Origin: Planctomycetota bacterium
Lineage (GTDB): Bacteria > Planctomycetota > UBA11346
Reading direction: 5' to 3'
Length of the DNA: 27,218 nt
Assembly: GCA_038231435.1 (NCBI GenBank)
Contig: JBBRLJ010000058.1
Span: 1-27,218 of the forward strand
Positions 18,016-25,601 of this stretch are shown one piece after another. The position numbers and the translations under genes are program-made. A model generated the notes under the pieces. That model was not told where the DNA came from, did not search any database, and saw only the letters and a program-made list of their open reading frames with translations. The stretch's first letter is position 1; each line of letters starts with the position of its first letter.

Positions 18016-19206
18016 ATGTTCTTCCATCTCTCCCTTCCCGGATTCCATGCCGCCGTCCATCAGGGGGCGGATCCGGCGCTGCGTGGGCGGCCGGTGGCGG
18101 TGGCGGTGGATTCGAGCGAGCAGGCACCGCTGTTCGCGGTCTCGCTCGAGGGCCGGTCGCAGGGGGTGTGGCCGGGCATGCGCGCGGCGGCGGCGCGGCG
18201 GCGCTGTCCGGGATTGACCGTGGTCACGCCCGAGCCCCAGCTCTACCGCCGCGCGCAGCGGGCTGTGGCCCAGCTGTGCGGCGGCTACACGCCGTGCGTC
18301 GGTGGGCGCGCCGGTCGCTTCGACGGTGATCTCGCCGGCACCGAGCAGCTGTGGCGCTCGCGCCTGCGTCCCGGGCTGGACGTGCGCGACCCGCTCGAGC
18401 AGGCGATCGCGATCGCGCGCGAGCTGGTGCGCCAGGCCGGCGAGCGGTTGCACATGCATGCGTTCTGCGGCGTGGGCGAGCGTCTGGGGGTCGCACGGCT
18501 GGCCGCGCGCCTGGCGCGCGAGCCGGCGTACGCGCGCGCGGGGGTGGTGGGGATCTCGCCACGCCACGAACGCCAGCTCCTCGATCCGCTGCCGATCTCG
18601 TGGGTGTCCGATTGCCCGCGCGAAACCCTGCGCCAGCTCGCCGACTGCGGCGTCGCCAGCATCGGCGATGCGCGCGCCCTGGGTGCCGAGCACCTGCGCC
18701 AGCTCGCCGGCGACGACGCCGAGACGTTGATCGCCGCGCTCACCGGCGAGCACGAGCCGGTGGTGCCCGAACTCGCCGATCCCGAGCCCGAGGTCGCGGT
18801 CGCCAGCCATTGCGGCGCCGCCGGAGCCGGGCCCGAGCGCGTCGGCGTGCTGCTCGCCAAGCTCGCGCGCGAGCTCGGCTTCGCGCTGCGCGGCCGCAAC
18901 CTCGCCTGCACCACCCTGTCCTTCGAGGGCCGCCATCTCGACGGCCGGGGCGTCAGCGTCGTCCACCACGCGCGCCGCCAGCTGCGCCACGACGATGAGC
19001 TCGCCGCCGCGGCCATCGAGCTCGGCGCCAAGCGCGCGCGGCGCGTGCACTGGGAGCGCCTGTCGCTGGTCGCGACCGGGCTGTGCGCCGCCGAGGAGCA
19101 GCTCGAACTGTTCGCCCCGCAGAAGCACCACCGTCTCGAAGGCGCGCGCGATCTGCTCCGCCACCGTTTCGGCGGCGAGATGGTCGCACACGCCGCCGCC
19201 GGCTGA
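18016..19206 (+). CDS. Y-family DNA polymerase homologue, catalytically inactive (ImuB/DinB-like)
   Basis: DPALRGRPVAV, GVWPGM...ARRRCPGL, little-finger-like region, C-terminal QLELF clamp motif. The catalytic D..AF and S.DE motifs are absent (HLSLPGF; AGRFDGDL). Confidence 0.82.
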   Translation: MFFHLSLPGFHAAVHQGADPALRGRPVAVAVDSSEQAPLFAVSLEGRSQGVWPGMRAAAARRRCPGLTVVTPEPQLYRRAQRAVAQLCGGYTPCVGGRAGRFDGDLAGTEQLWRSRLRPGLDVRDPLEQAIAIARELVRQAGERLHMHAFCGVGERLGVARLAARLAREPAYARAGVVGISPRHERQLLDPLPISWVSDCPRETLRQLADCGVASIGDARALGAEHLRQLAGDDAETLIAALTGEHEPVVPELADPEPEVAVASHCGAAGAGPERVGVLLAKLARELGFALRGRNLACTTLSFEGRHLDGRGVSVVHHARRQLRHDDELAAAAIELGAKRARRVHWERLSLVATGLCAAEEQLELFAPQKHHRLEGARDLLRHRFGGEMVAHAAAG

Positions 19207-19237
19207 ACGCCCCGGCCGTCGTCGCGCGTGGGCGATT

Positions 19238-19384
19238 GACGACGACGGACCACGGGCGAAGGCAGGGTCCGGCGTCCGTCGTGTCGTCCATCGTCGTCCA
19301 TCGTCGACATCGACGACATGATTCCGCTGATCGTGAGATGTGCGTTCCGCTGCCGTCTACGACGGACGACGGACCACGAACCAT
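19238..19384. repeat. Heptamer (GGACGAC/GGACCAC) arrays in alternating orientation
   Basis: GACGACGACGGACCACGG, GTCCGTCG..GTCGTCCATCGTCGTCCATCGTC, GACGGACGACGGACCACGAACC. Confidence 0.65.
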
Positions 19385-19530
19385 CGATGCCCTGCAATCC
19401 GCAGTTCCCTCCAGGGGCTCCCCGTCGATTAGCAGGGAGGACGCTGGCGCGCCCGCGGCGCGATGCCGCCGGAATGCGAAAAGCCTCGGCAAATGCGGTA
19501 TTTCAACCATCGACACCGATCAAGCGCACA

Positions 19531-19546
19531 TTGGCACCATCCTTGC
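19531..19546 (+). promoter_or_regulatory. Sigma-54 (-24/-12) promoter
   Basis: TTGGCAC-CATCC-TTGC matches TGGCAC-N5-TTGC with exact GG-N10-GC spacing, 30 nt upstream of an RBS-preceded ATG. Confidence 0.8.
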
Positions 19547-19576
19547 GATAGGTGACTCCAGAAAGAGGAGATCCCC

Positions 19577-19771
19577 ATGCGCCACCGCACCAGCCCCCGC
19601 GCCATCGGTTTCGACCTCGGCCTGACCTCGAGCCAGACCGCCGGACCGCGCGGACAGGATGAGCTCGGGCCGATCATGGTCTCCACCTTCTACTCCGGCG
19701 TGCTCGGCAAGCGCACCGCGCGCCCGGCCGCCCCGGCCGCGCGTCCCCGCACTGACGCGGCCGGGGCGTGA
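19577..19771 (+). CDS. Small hypothetical protein (64 aa), first gene after the sigma-54 promoter
   Basis: Strong RBS AAGAGGAGA; stop overlaps the next start (GTGA). Confidence 0.55.
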   Translation: MRHRTSPRAIGFDLGLTSSQTAGPRGQDELGPIMVSTFYSGVLGKRTARPAAPAARPRTDAAGA

Positions 19772-20217
19772 ACACCATGGCACCAGTCTCAACCGCATCG
19801 ACATCGGCGTCGACGGCGTCCCCGTTCACCGCCAGCGAGATCGCGACCTGGAGGAAGCTGTTGATCCTTCGGCGCGCGCAGCTGGTCGGTGATATCGAGG
19901 ACCTGGTCCACGACGCGCTCGACGTCGAAACCATGCATCCGTCGTCGAACCATCTCGCCGAGGGCGGCTCGGATGCCGACCTGCAGGTGACCAGCCTGGG
20001 CCTGGCCGACGACGACCAAGCCATCGTCCAGCTGATCGACCGCGCCCTGGCGAAGATCGACGGCGAGTCGCCGCTGCCCTACGGTGTCTGCGAATACACC
20101 CGCGAGCCGATTGCGCGCGAACGCCTCGAACTCATCCCCTGGACGCCTCTGTCGATCGAGGGCGCCACCCATCTCGAAGAGAACTACCTCACGCTGGACG
20201 ACCTGTCGGCCGAGTAA
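19768..20217 (+). CDS. DksA/TraR-family transcription factor with degenerate (one-Cys) zinc-finger region
   Basis: Coiled coil (LILRRAQL...NHLAEGGSD...IDRALAKID) and YGVCEYTREPIARERLELIPWTPLSIEG. Start could be ATG 19777. Confidence 0.88.
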   Translation: MNTMAPVSTASTSASTASPFTASEIATWRKLLILRRAQLVGDIEDLVHDALDVETMHPSSNHLAEGGSDADLQVTSLGLADDDQAIVQLIDRALAKIDGESPLPYGVCEYTREPIARERLELIPWTPLSIEGATHLEENYLTLDDLSAE

Positions 20218-20432
20218 GTGGATTGGAGTAAGTGGATTGGAGTAAGTGGATTGGACATCGGATCGGTATCGGACTGGATTGGATTGGATTGGATTGGAAG
20301 TGGGACTGGGAGTGGAGTGGAGTGGAGTGGATGGCGGTCTCAGTGGAGCGAGCCGTCTCGGTAGTGGAAAGTGGAGTGGATAGTGGAATGGACTGTGGAG
20401 TGGAGTGGAATCGAGTGGAGTGGATCTGATTG
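20212..20432 (+). repeat. Strand-biased pentanucleotide (TGGAG/TGGAT/TGGAA) array
   Basis: (GAGTAAGTGGATTG)x3, then (TGGAT)n and (TGGAG)n; about 30 GGA trinucleotides counted by hand. Confidence 0.9.
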
Positions 20433-20526
20433 GTTCGGCATCCATCCGGATGTCCGGAGCGGCCCCAGGTGAGCTCTCGGATTCCCCCCTCGACCAGAGG
20501 GGGGATGTCCACAGCGCGAGGATCCC

Positions 20527-20766
20527 ATGACACCGTCGATCAACATCCGCTTCATCCATAACGACGACAACTGGCGCGTGATGTGCCACGCATCGAGCGG
20601 ACGCTGCGACATCTGGAAGAACGGCACCTTCGTGCGTTCAGCCACCTACGTCCCGCGGCGCGGCCTCGCCGATCACGAGGGCATTCCCGAGGTGGTTCCG
20701 GCGCTGCTCGATCGGCTGGTGAAGCACGACGCCGACATCGAGATCGCTCAGCGCATCTCCAACTGA
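20527..20766 (+). CDS. Small hypothetical protein (79 aa)
   Basis: GAGGA RBS, high-GC3 codon usage like host genes, protein-like composition. Confidence 0.65.
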   Translation: MTPSINIRFIHNDDNWRVMCHASSGRCDIWKNGTFVRSATYVPRRGLADHEGIPEVVPALLDRLVKHDADIEIAQRISN

Positions 20767-20891
20767 CCAGGGCGAAAGCCCACGGTCGAGCCGGTGCAGC
20801 CGAGCGCCTCATGCGCAGGAGACTCGCGGCGGTGAAACGTCACGCCGGAGCGGTGAGCGCCCGCGGAACGATGGACGAGACAAGGAAAACA

Positions 20892-20924
20892 AAGAAACCG
20901 ACGACCACAGGTCGTCGGTTTCTT
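20892..20924. terminator. Probable bidirectional intrinsic terminator
   Basis: AAGAAACCGACGACC-ACA-GGTCGTCGGTTTCTT perfect 15-bp stem between convergent genes. Confidence 0.75.
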
Positions 20925-20962
20925 CGATGGTGCGCTATGCGAGGCTCGCGCCTCGCGGCCGC

Positions 20963-21802
20963 TCAGCGCTGCGTGCCGTTGTTCAGCGGACTGTTGTTGA
21001 ACGAGCCGTTGTTCAGCGTGCCGGAGTCGGTGCCGGTATCGGTGGTGTCGGTCGGCGCCTCGGCGGGATGCTCGGAACGCGCCTTGGCGGCGGGCTTCTT
21101 TGACGACTTGCTGCTCGGCTTGTCCTCGGACTTCGAATCCTCGGTCGGCTTGCCGGCATCGCGGCGCTGGGCCGCCTTCTTCTCGCGCTGGCGTTCATCC
21201 GATTCGTCGCCGCGCGTGTTCGCGGTCGGCTTGTCCGCCTTCTTGGCTGGCTTACCGGTCTTGCCATTGGCCGGAGAGGTCTCGTCGACCGGAGCCGGCT
21301 CCACCGTCTTGGGAGCGTTGTGCGCTTTGCCGAAGGTGTCCTGCTTGCCGGGAGCGGGCATGTGCGCGGGCGCCGGATTGAAGCCGCCCGTCGCGGGCGC
21401 GGCGGGAAAGGCGGGCGCGGGCGCTGGGGCGGTGGCGAAGCGCGGATCGGCGGGCGGCTGGTTCAACGTGCCAGGGGCGGGCAGCGCGGCGGGCGCGGCG
21501 GCCTGCATCTTCGCCAGCGTGGTGTTGCTGGTGGCGGCGGCCGCGACGGCGTAACCGTTGGCGCCGAGCTGGTTGTGCAGCTTGGCCAGGCAGCCCTCGG
21601 AACAGGCGCCGACCAGCACCGGCTGGCCGGCGGAATTGGCGACCTCGACCGGCTGCTTCGATGGATCGACGGCGTTGCCATCGAACACACACACGCTGTT
21701 CGAGGGCTTACGCACCAAGGCGCCGAACGCGCCGTCATCGGCGGCCGACAAGACGGTGACGGAACCGGTGAACAGGGCGCAGCAGAGGATGAGGTGGCGC
21801 AT
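20963..21802 (-). CDS. Secreted protein with a small Cys-containing (YHS-like) domain and a long disordered tail
   Basis: Signal peptide, CVFDGNAVD...GACSEGC, Pro/Ala then Lys/Asp/Glu-rich tail; AGGAG RBS. Confidence 0.7.
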   Translation of the reverse strand: MRHLILCCALFTGSVTVLSAADDGAFGALVRKPSNSVCVFDGNAVDPSKQPVEVANSAGQPVLVGACSEGCLAKLHNQLGANGYAVAAAATSNTTLAKMQAAAPAALPAPGTLNQPPADPRFATAPAPAPAFPAAPATGGFNPAPAHMPAPGKQDTFGKAHNAPKTVEPAPVDETSPANGKTGKPAKKADKPTANTRGDESDERQREKKAAQRRDAGKPTEDSKSEDKPSSKSSKKPAAKARSEHPAEAPTDTTDTGTDSGTLNNGSFNNSPLNNGTQR

Positions 21803-21839
21803 GTGGCTCCTGAATCGAAGAGGTGAGTCGTGGTACGGT

Positions 21840-21867
21840 GCAGCCCCGGCCTTGCGACCGGGGCTGC
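21840..21867 (-). terminator. Hairpin downstream of tRNA-Glu
   Basis: GCAGCCCCGG-N8-CCGGGGCTGC; no clear U-tract. Confidence 0.45.
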
Positions 21868-21869
21868 GA

Positions 21870-21945
21870 TGGTACTCCCATGGGGATTCGAACCCCAGTT
21901 CACTGGCTGAGAACCAGTTGTCCTAGGCCTCTAGACGATGGGAGC
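21870..21945 (-). tRNA. tRNA-Glu (anticodon CTC)
   Basis: GCTCCCA..GTCTAGAGGCCTAGGAC..ACTGG-TTCTCAG-CCAGT..GGTTCGAATCC..TGGGAGT-ACCA cloverleaf with encoded CCA. Confidence 0.96.
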
Positions 21946-22041
21946 CTATGATGAACGAGGCGGGATTATTCGCCGGAACCGGGGAAGTCAACGCAGGGGA
22001 TTGGAAGATGGGCAGAGCGGCGCCAGGTCCGTCGTCGAACA

Positions 22042-22151
22042 GCCTGAACGTGGCAGTCGGGGCCGGATCAAAGGCGCGGCCAAGAGGAGATTGCTCGTGC
22101 AACGACGATTGGCCGCAACGCCGGAGCCGGCCCCGACTGCCACGTTCAGGC
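22042..22151. repeat. 110-bp element bounded by perfect 25-bp inverted repeats (MITE/REPIN-like)
   Basis: GCCTGAACGTGGCAGTCGGGGCCGG (22042-22066) and its reverse complement (22127-22151); inner GCGGCCAA/TTGGCCGC pair. Confidence 0.8.
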
Positions 22152-23834
22152 AGGGCCCTTGGGGAGGCCGAGCAGGGTGTGGGAGGTGGGGGCTTGGCGC
22201 TGGGGATCGGCATCGCACAGGGTCAGCGCCATCTTGAGCATCGGCAGCAGGGCCTGGGTGGTCTCGCGCTCGTCGCAGATGACAAACTGCGCGCCGGCGC
22301 TGCGCAGCAATTCGACCTGTGCCTCGTACGGGCTGCGCGCGATGATGATCAGCTCGGGATCGAGCGCGCGCAGGCGCGCGGTCACCAGCGCCGAGGCGTC
22401 GGCGATCGGGAAGGTCAGGACCACCAGGCTCGGGCGATGACCGATCGCGGGCAGCCAATCGTCCATGTCCTCGATGCGGCCGAGGTGGCAGCGCACGCCC
22501 GGGGTGTCTTCCCACGGACGCAGCAGGTGGCGGTTGCGATCGACCAGCAGCAGGGGGTGCCCCTGGTCGCGCAGCGCCTCGACCACGGTGTTGCCGACCG
22601 GGCCCAGTCCCGCGACCACGATGGTGTTGCCGGTCTCGGTCACGTCCTCGAGCGGGCTGCGCGGCAGGAAGCGCAGCGAGAAGGTGATCAGCAGCGGGGT
22701 CAAGACCAGCGACAGGCAGGTCACCGACACCACCAGCTTGTAGAGATCGCGATCGTCGGGGTCTGAACTGTGGCCGAAAGCGGTGGCGGCGAGCACGAAG
22801 CTGAACTCGCCGAGCTGCGCGGTCATGATGCCGCCGCCGATCGCGGTGCGCCGGGTCATGCCCGCGAGCTGCAGTGCCAGCGCCGACAGCGTGGCCTTCA
22901 CCACCACGCACACCACCAGCGCGAGCCCGACCTTCAGCGGATGCGCGCCCACGTAATCCGGATCGAAGAGCACGCCCATCGAGGCGAAGAAGATGATCGC
23001 CATCAGCCCCTGCAGCGGGCGGGTGCTGGTCTCGATGGCGTTGCGGTGCTCGTCGCCGCCCAGCGCCAGGCCCGCGCAGAACGCGCCCACCGCCGAGCCG
23101 AGGCCCGCGGATTCGGTGAGGAAGGCCGCGCCGAGCGCGAAGATCACCGCGAACGCCACTTCCAGTTCGGGCAGCGACAGCGCGCGCACGCGCGCGAGCA
23201 GTGCGGTGGCCAGCACCCGCCGCGTCAGCACGGTCAGGCCCAGGCACACCGTCATCGCCCCCAACATGCCCCAAGGCGACGGCGGATGCCCGCGCGACGG
23301 CAGCACCAGAGCCAGGATCGCCAGCAGCGGCGCCAGGAAGAGATCCTGGCCGAGCAGCATGCCGATCACCGTCTGGCCCTCGGGGCGGTTGCGCAGGCGG
23401 CGTTCCTCGAGCGCGCGCAGGACCAGCAGCGTCGAGGACATGGTCAGGCAGCAGCCGACCGCGAACGAGCGTGCCAGGTCGAGCCCCAGCGCCTTGGCCG
23501 CGAACGTCCCCACCACCAGGGTCAGGCCCATCTGCACCAGCGAGCTGACCACCACTTGGCGCAGCCGCCGGCGCATGCCCGGCAGGTCGAGCTCGAGCCC
23601 GAGCGAGAACAGCAGCAGCGTGGCGCCGACTTCGGCCATCGGCTGCAGGGTCTCGGGCCTGACCGTCGAGAGGATGCGCCAATCGCGGCCGTAATGCTGC
23701 CCGAGCCACGCCGCGATCGCGCCGGTGAGCAGGTACGCGGCCAGCGCACCCACTTTCAGACGACTGGTCAGCAGCACCAACGGCAGGCCGATGGTGAGCA
23801 GGATGAGGATGGCGCCGACCGCTCCGTGGCCCAT
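22146..23834 (-). CDS. Kef/CPA2-type cation:proton antiporter with C-terminal TrkA-N (KTN) domain
   Basis: AEVGATLLLFSLGLE, SSTLLV, LLGQD, FFASMG, QLGEFSFVL, IVVAGLGPVG, IIARS. Confidence 0.92.
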   Translation of the reverse strand: MGHGAVGAILILLTIGLPLVLLTSRLKVGALAAYLLTGAIAAWLGQHYGRDWRILSTVRPETLQPMAEVGATLLLFSLGLELDLPGMRRRLRQVVVSSLVQMGLTLVVGTFAAKALGLDLARSFAVGCCLTMSSTLLVLRALEERRLRNRPEGQTVIGMLLGQDLFLAPLLAILALVLPSRGHPPSPWGMLGAMTVCLGLTVLTRRVLATALLARVRALSLPELEVAFAVIFALGAAFLTESAGLGSAVGAFCAGLALGGDEHRNAIETSTRPLQGLMAIIFFASMGVLFDPDYVGAHPLKVGLALVVCVVVKATLSALALQLAGMTRRTAIGGGIMTAQLGEFSFVLAATAFGHSSDPDDRDLYKLVVSVTCLSLVLTPLLITFSLRFLPRSPLEDVTETGNTIVVAGLGPVGNTVVEALRDQGHPLLLVDRNRHLLRPWEDTPGVRCHLGRIEDMDDWLPAIGHRPSLVVLTFPIADASALVTARLRALDPELIIIARSPYEAQVELLRSAGAQFVICDERETTQALLPMLKMALTLCDADPQRQAPTSHTLLGLPKGPA

Positions 23835-23922
23835 GCAGGGAAGGTAGGGGGACGTGGAGCGGGCGCTATCGGGGAGGAGGGGACGACGGAGGACGGTGGA
23901 GGACTGGCGGAGAACTGGCCGG

Positions 23923-24074
23923 GAAGGCTAGAAAGCTGGAAGGCTGGAAAGCTCGAGAGCTCGAAGACGCGCGGCGCACACGCGAAGGGATCTCCGTGTG
24001 CTCTTCGAGCATTCGGGCTTTCCAGGCTTCTCGCCTTCTCACATTCTGGCCTTCCCGCCTTCCCGCCTCTCCCG
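23923..24074. repeat. Octamer tandem arrays in inverted orientation between divergent genes
   Basis: GAAGGCTA GAAAGCTG GAAGGCTG GAAAGCTC GAGAGCTC facing degenerate TTC-led 8-mers (TTCTGGCC TTCCCGCC TTCCCGCC). Confidence 0.7.
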
Positions 24075-24143
24075 TGGTCTTGTCCGCCTGTGGCCCCGCC
24101 CACCCTGCGCTGTCTTTTCCCCCCGTCCGCGTACGACCAGGGC

Positions 24144-25094
24144 ATGCAGCCACTGCTGCTCGATCTGGTCAAGAAGAGCGCCGACTACCTCGCCGCGCAC
24201 GGCGTCACCAATGCGCGGCGCGAGGCGGAGTGGATCTTCGCCGAGAGCCTCGCGCTGACGCGGCTCGACCTGTACACGCGCTTCGACATGCCGCTCGACG
24301 ATGCCGAGGTGGTGCGCCTGCGCGCGCTGGTCAGCCGGCGCGGCAAACGCGAGCCGCTGGCGTACGTGCTCGGTAACCAGGAGTTCCACGGGCTTCGCCT
24401 CGAAGTCGGCCCCGGAGTACTGGTGCCGCGCCCGGAGACCGAGGAACTGGTCGATCTGGTCATGGCGGCGCTGCCCGCCGCATCGCCCGCATCCACATCC
24501 ACATCCACATCCGCAACCGCAACCGCGTCGTCGCTGGCGGTCGCGGCGCCGTACCGTGTCCTCGATGTCGGCACCGGATCGGGGGCTATCGCCCTCGCGC
24601 TCAAGAAGGCCCGCCCCGATCTCGTCGTCGAGGCCACCGACTGTTCCGAGGCGGCGCTCGCCTTCGCCCGCCGCAACGCCGGCACCGCCGGGCTCGAGAT
24701 CGCCTTCGCCATCGATCACCTGGCGCGCGGCCGCACCGGCGTGTTCGACGCCGTGGTCGCCAACCTGCCCTACGTGGGCGAGGACGAGCGCGCCGACTGC
24801 GACCCCGAACTCGCCTTCGAGCCCCAGGACGCGCTCTTCGCCGGCCGCGACGGCCTGGCGCTGATCGCCGAATTGGTGGCCGACGCGCCGCGCCTGCTCG
24901 CTCGCTCCGCCACCGGCGGCACGCTGTGGCTCGAGCATGGCTGGAAACAGGGCCCGGCCATCGTCGCGATCTGCGCCCGCCATGGCCTGGCCTGCACGAT
25001 CGTGAAAGACGGCGCCGGTAAAGACCGCTTCGCGCGCATCCAGGTCATGGCCACCGCATCGTCTCCGACCCTGGCCGCGCCCGAGCCCGCATGA
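24144..25094 (+). CDS. prmC: Release factor glutamine methyltransferase
   Basis: RRGKREPLAYVLG, VLVPRPETEELV, LDVGTGSGAIAL, ANLPYV, EPQDALFAGRDGL, LEHG. Confidence 0.95.
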   Translation: MQPLLLDLVKKSADYLAAHGVTNARREAEWIFAESLALTRLDLYTRFDMPLDDAEVVRLRALVSRRGKREPLAYVLGNQEFHGLRLEVGPGVLVPRPETEELVDLVMAALPAASPASTSTSTSATATASSLAVAAPYRVLDVGTGSGAIALALKKARPDLVVEATDCSEAALAFARRNAGTAGLEIAFAIDHLARGRTGVFDAVVANLPYVGEDERADCDPELAFEPQDALFAGRDGLALIAELVADAPRLLARSATGGTLWLEHGWKQGPAIVAICARHGLACTIVKDGAGKDRFARIQVMATASSPTLAAPEPA

Positions 25095-25360
25095 GCACCG
25101 AACGCACCTCGGCGGTGGCGTCCGCGCTGACCATGATCGCGCTGCTCGCCGCGATCTGCGCGTCCGCCCTCGCCCGCCATCCCCCCGCCCGCGAACCCGC
25201 CCGCCTGCCCGCTGCCGCCTGCGCGCCATGGATGGCCGACGCCCTCCCCGGCGTGGGCCGCAAGACCCGCGACGCCGCCGCCGCTGCGATCCGCTCCGGG
25301 GACCTGGCGAAACTCCCTCCGGCCGCACGGACGAGAGCCCGCGAGTGGTTCGATTTCTGA
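25091..25360 (+). CDS. Small membrane-anchored protein with a helix-hairpin-helix-like motif (ComEA-like)
   Basis: N-terminal hydrophobic helix; ADALPGVGRK; ATGA overlap with prmC. Confidence 0.6.
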   Translation: MSTERTSAVASALTMIALLAAICASALARHPPAREPARLPAAACAPWMADALPGVGRKTRDAAAAAIRSGDLAKLPPAARTRAREWFDF

Positions 25361-25491
25361 GGCGTTTACGCCGCTGCATCCGCTGCATCCGCGGTATTCG
25401 CGATGAAAAAGGCCACCCGGCCGTCCGACGTAACGACCAGCCAGCCATGGCGTTGACATTCCCGCCCTCGCCTTACGGTTTTCGCCCACAA

Positions 25492-25568
<77 letters not shown>

Positions 25569-25571
25569 AGT

Positions 25572-25601
25572 GAAAGCCCACCGGAAACGGTGGGCCTTCT
25601 T
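25572..25601 (+). terminator. Terminator after tRNA-fMet
   Basis: GCCCACCG-GAAA-CGGTGGGC followed by CTTCTTGTT. Confidence 0.7.

Noticed and set aside
20232..20429. Trp-rich 65-aa ORF as attenuator leader peptide or real protein
   Set aside because: Trp codons are an automatic consequence of TGGAN repeats; no trp genes downstream. Not fully excluded without ribosome profiling.
20766..20812. Possible c-di-GMP-I riboswitch (GGGCGAAAGCCCACGGTC...CAGCCGAGCGCC)
   Set aside because: Only superficial similarity to the 3' half; no GGCAAAC/P2 stem, and it lies 3' of genes rather than in a leader.
24760..24775. NLPY instead of NPPY in PrmC
   Set aside because: Known natural variant in several bacterial lineages; not evidence of inactivation.
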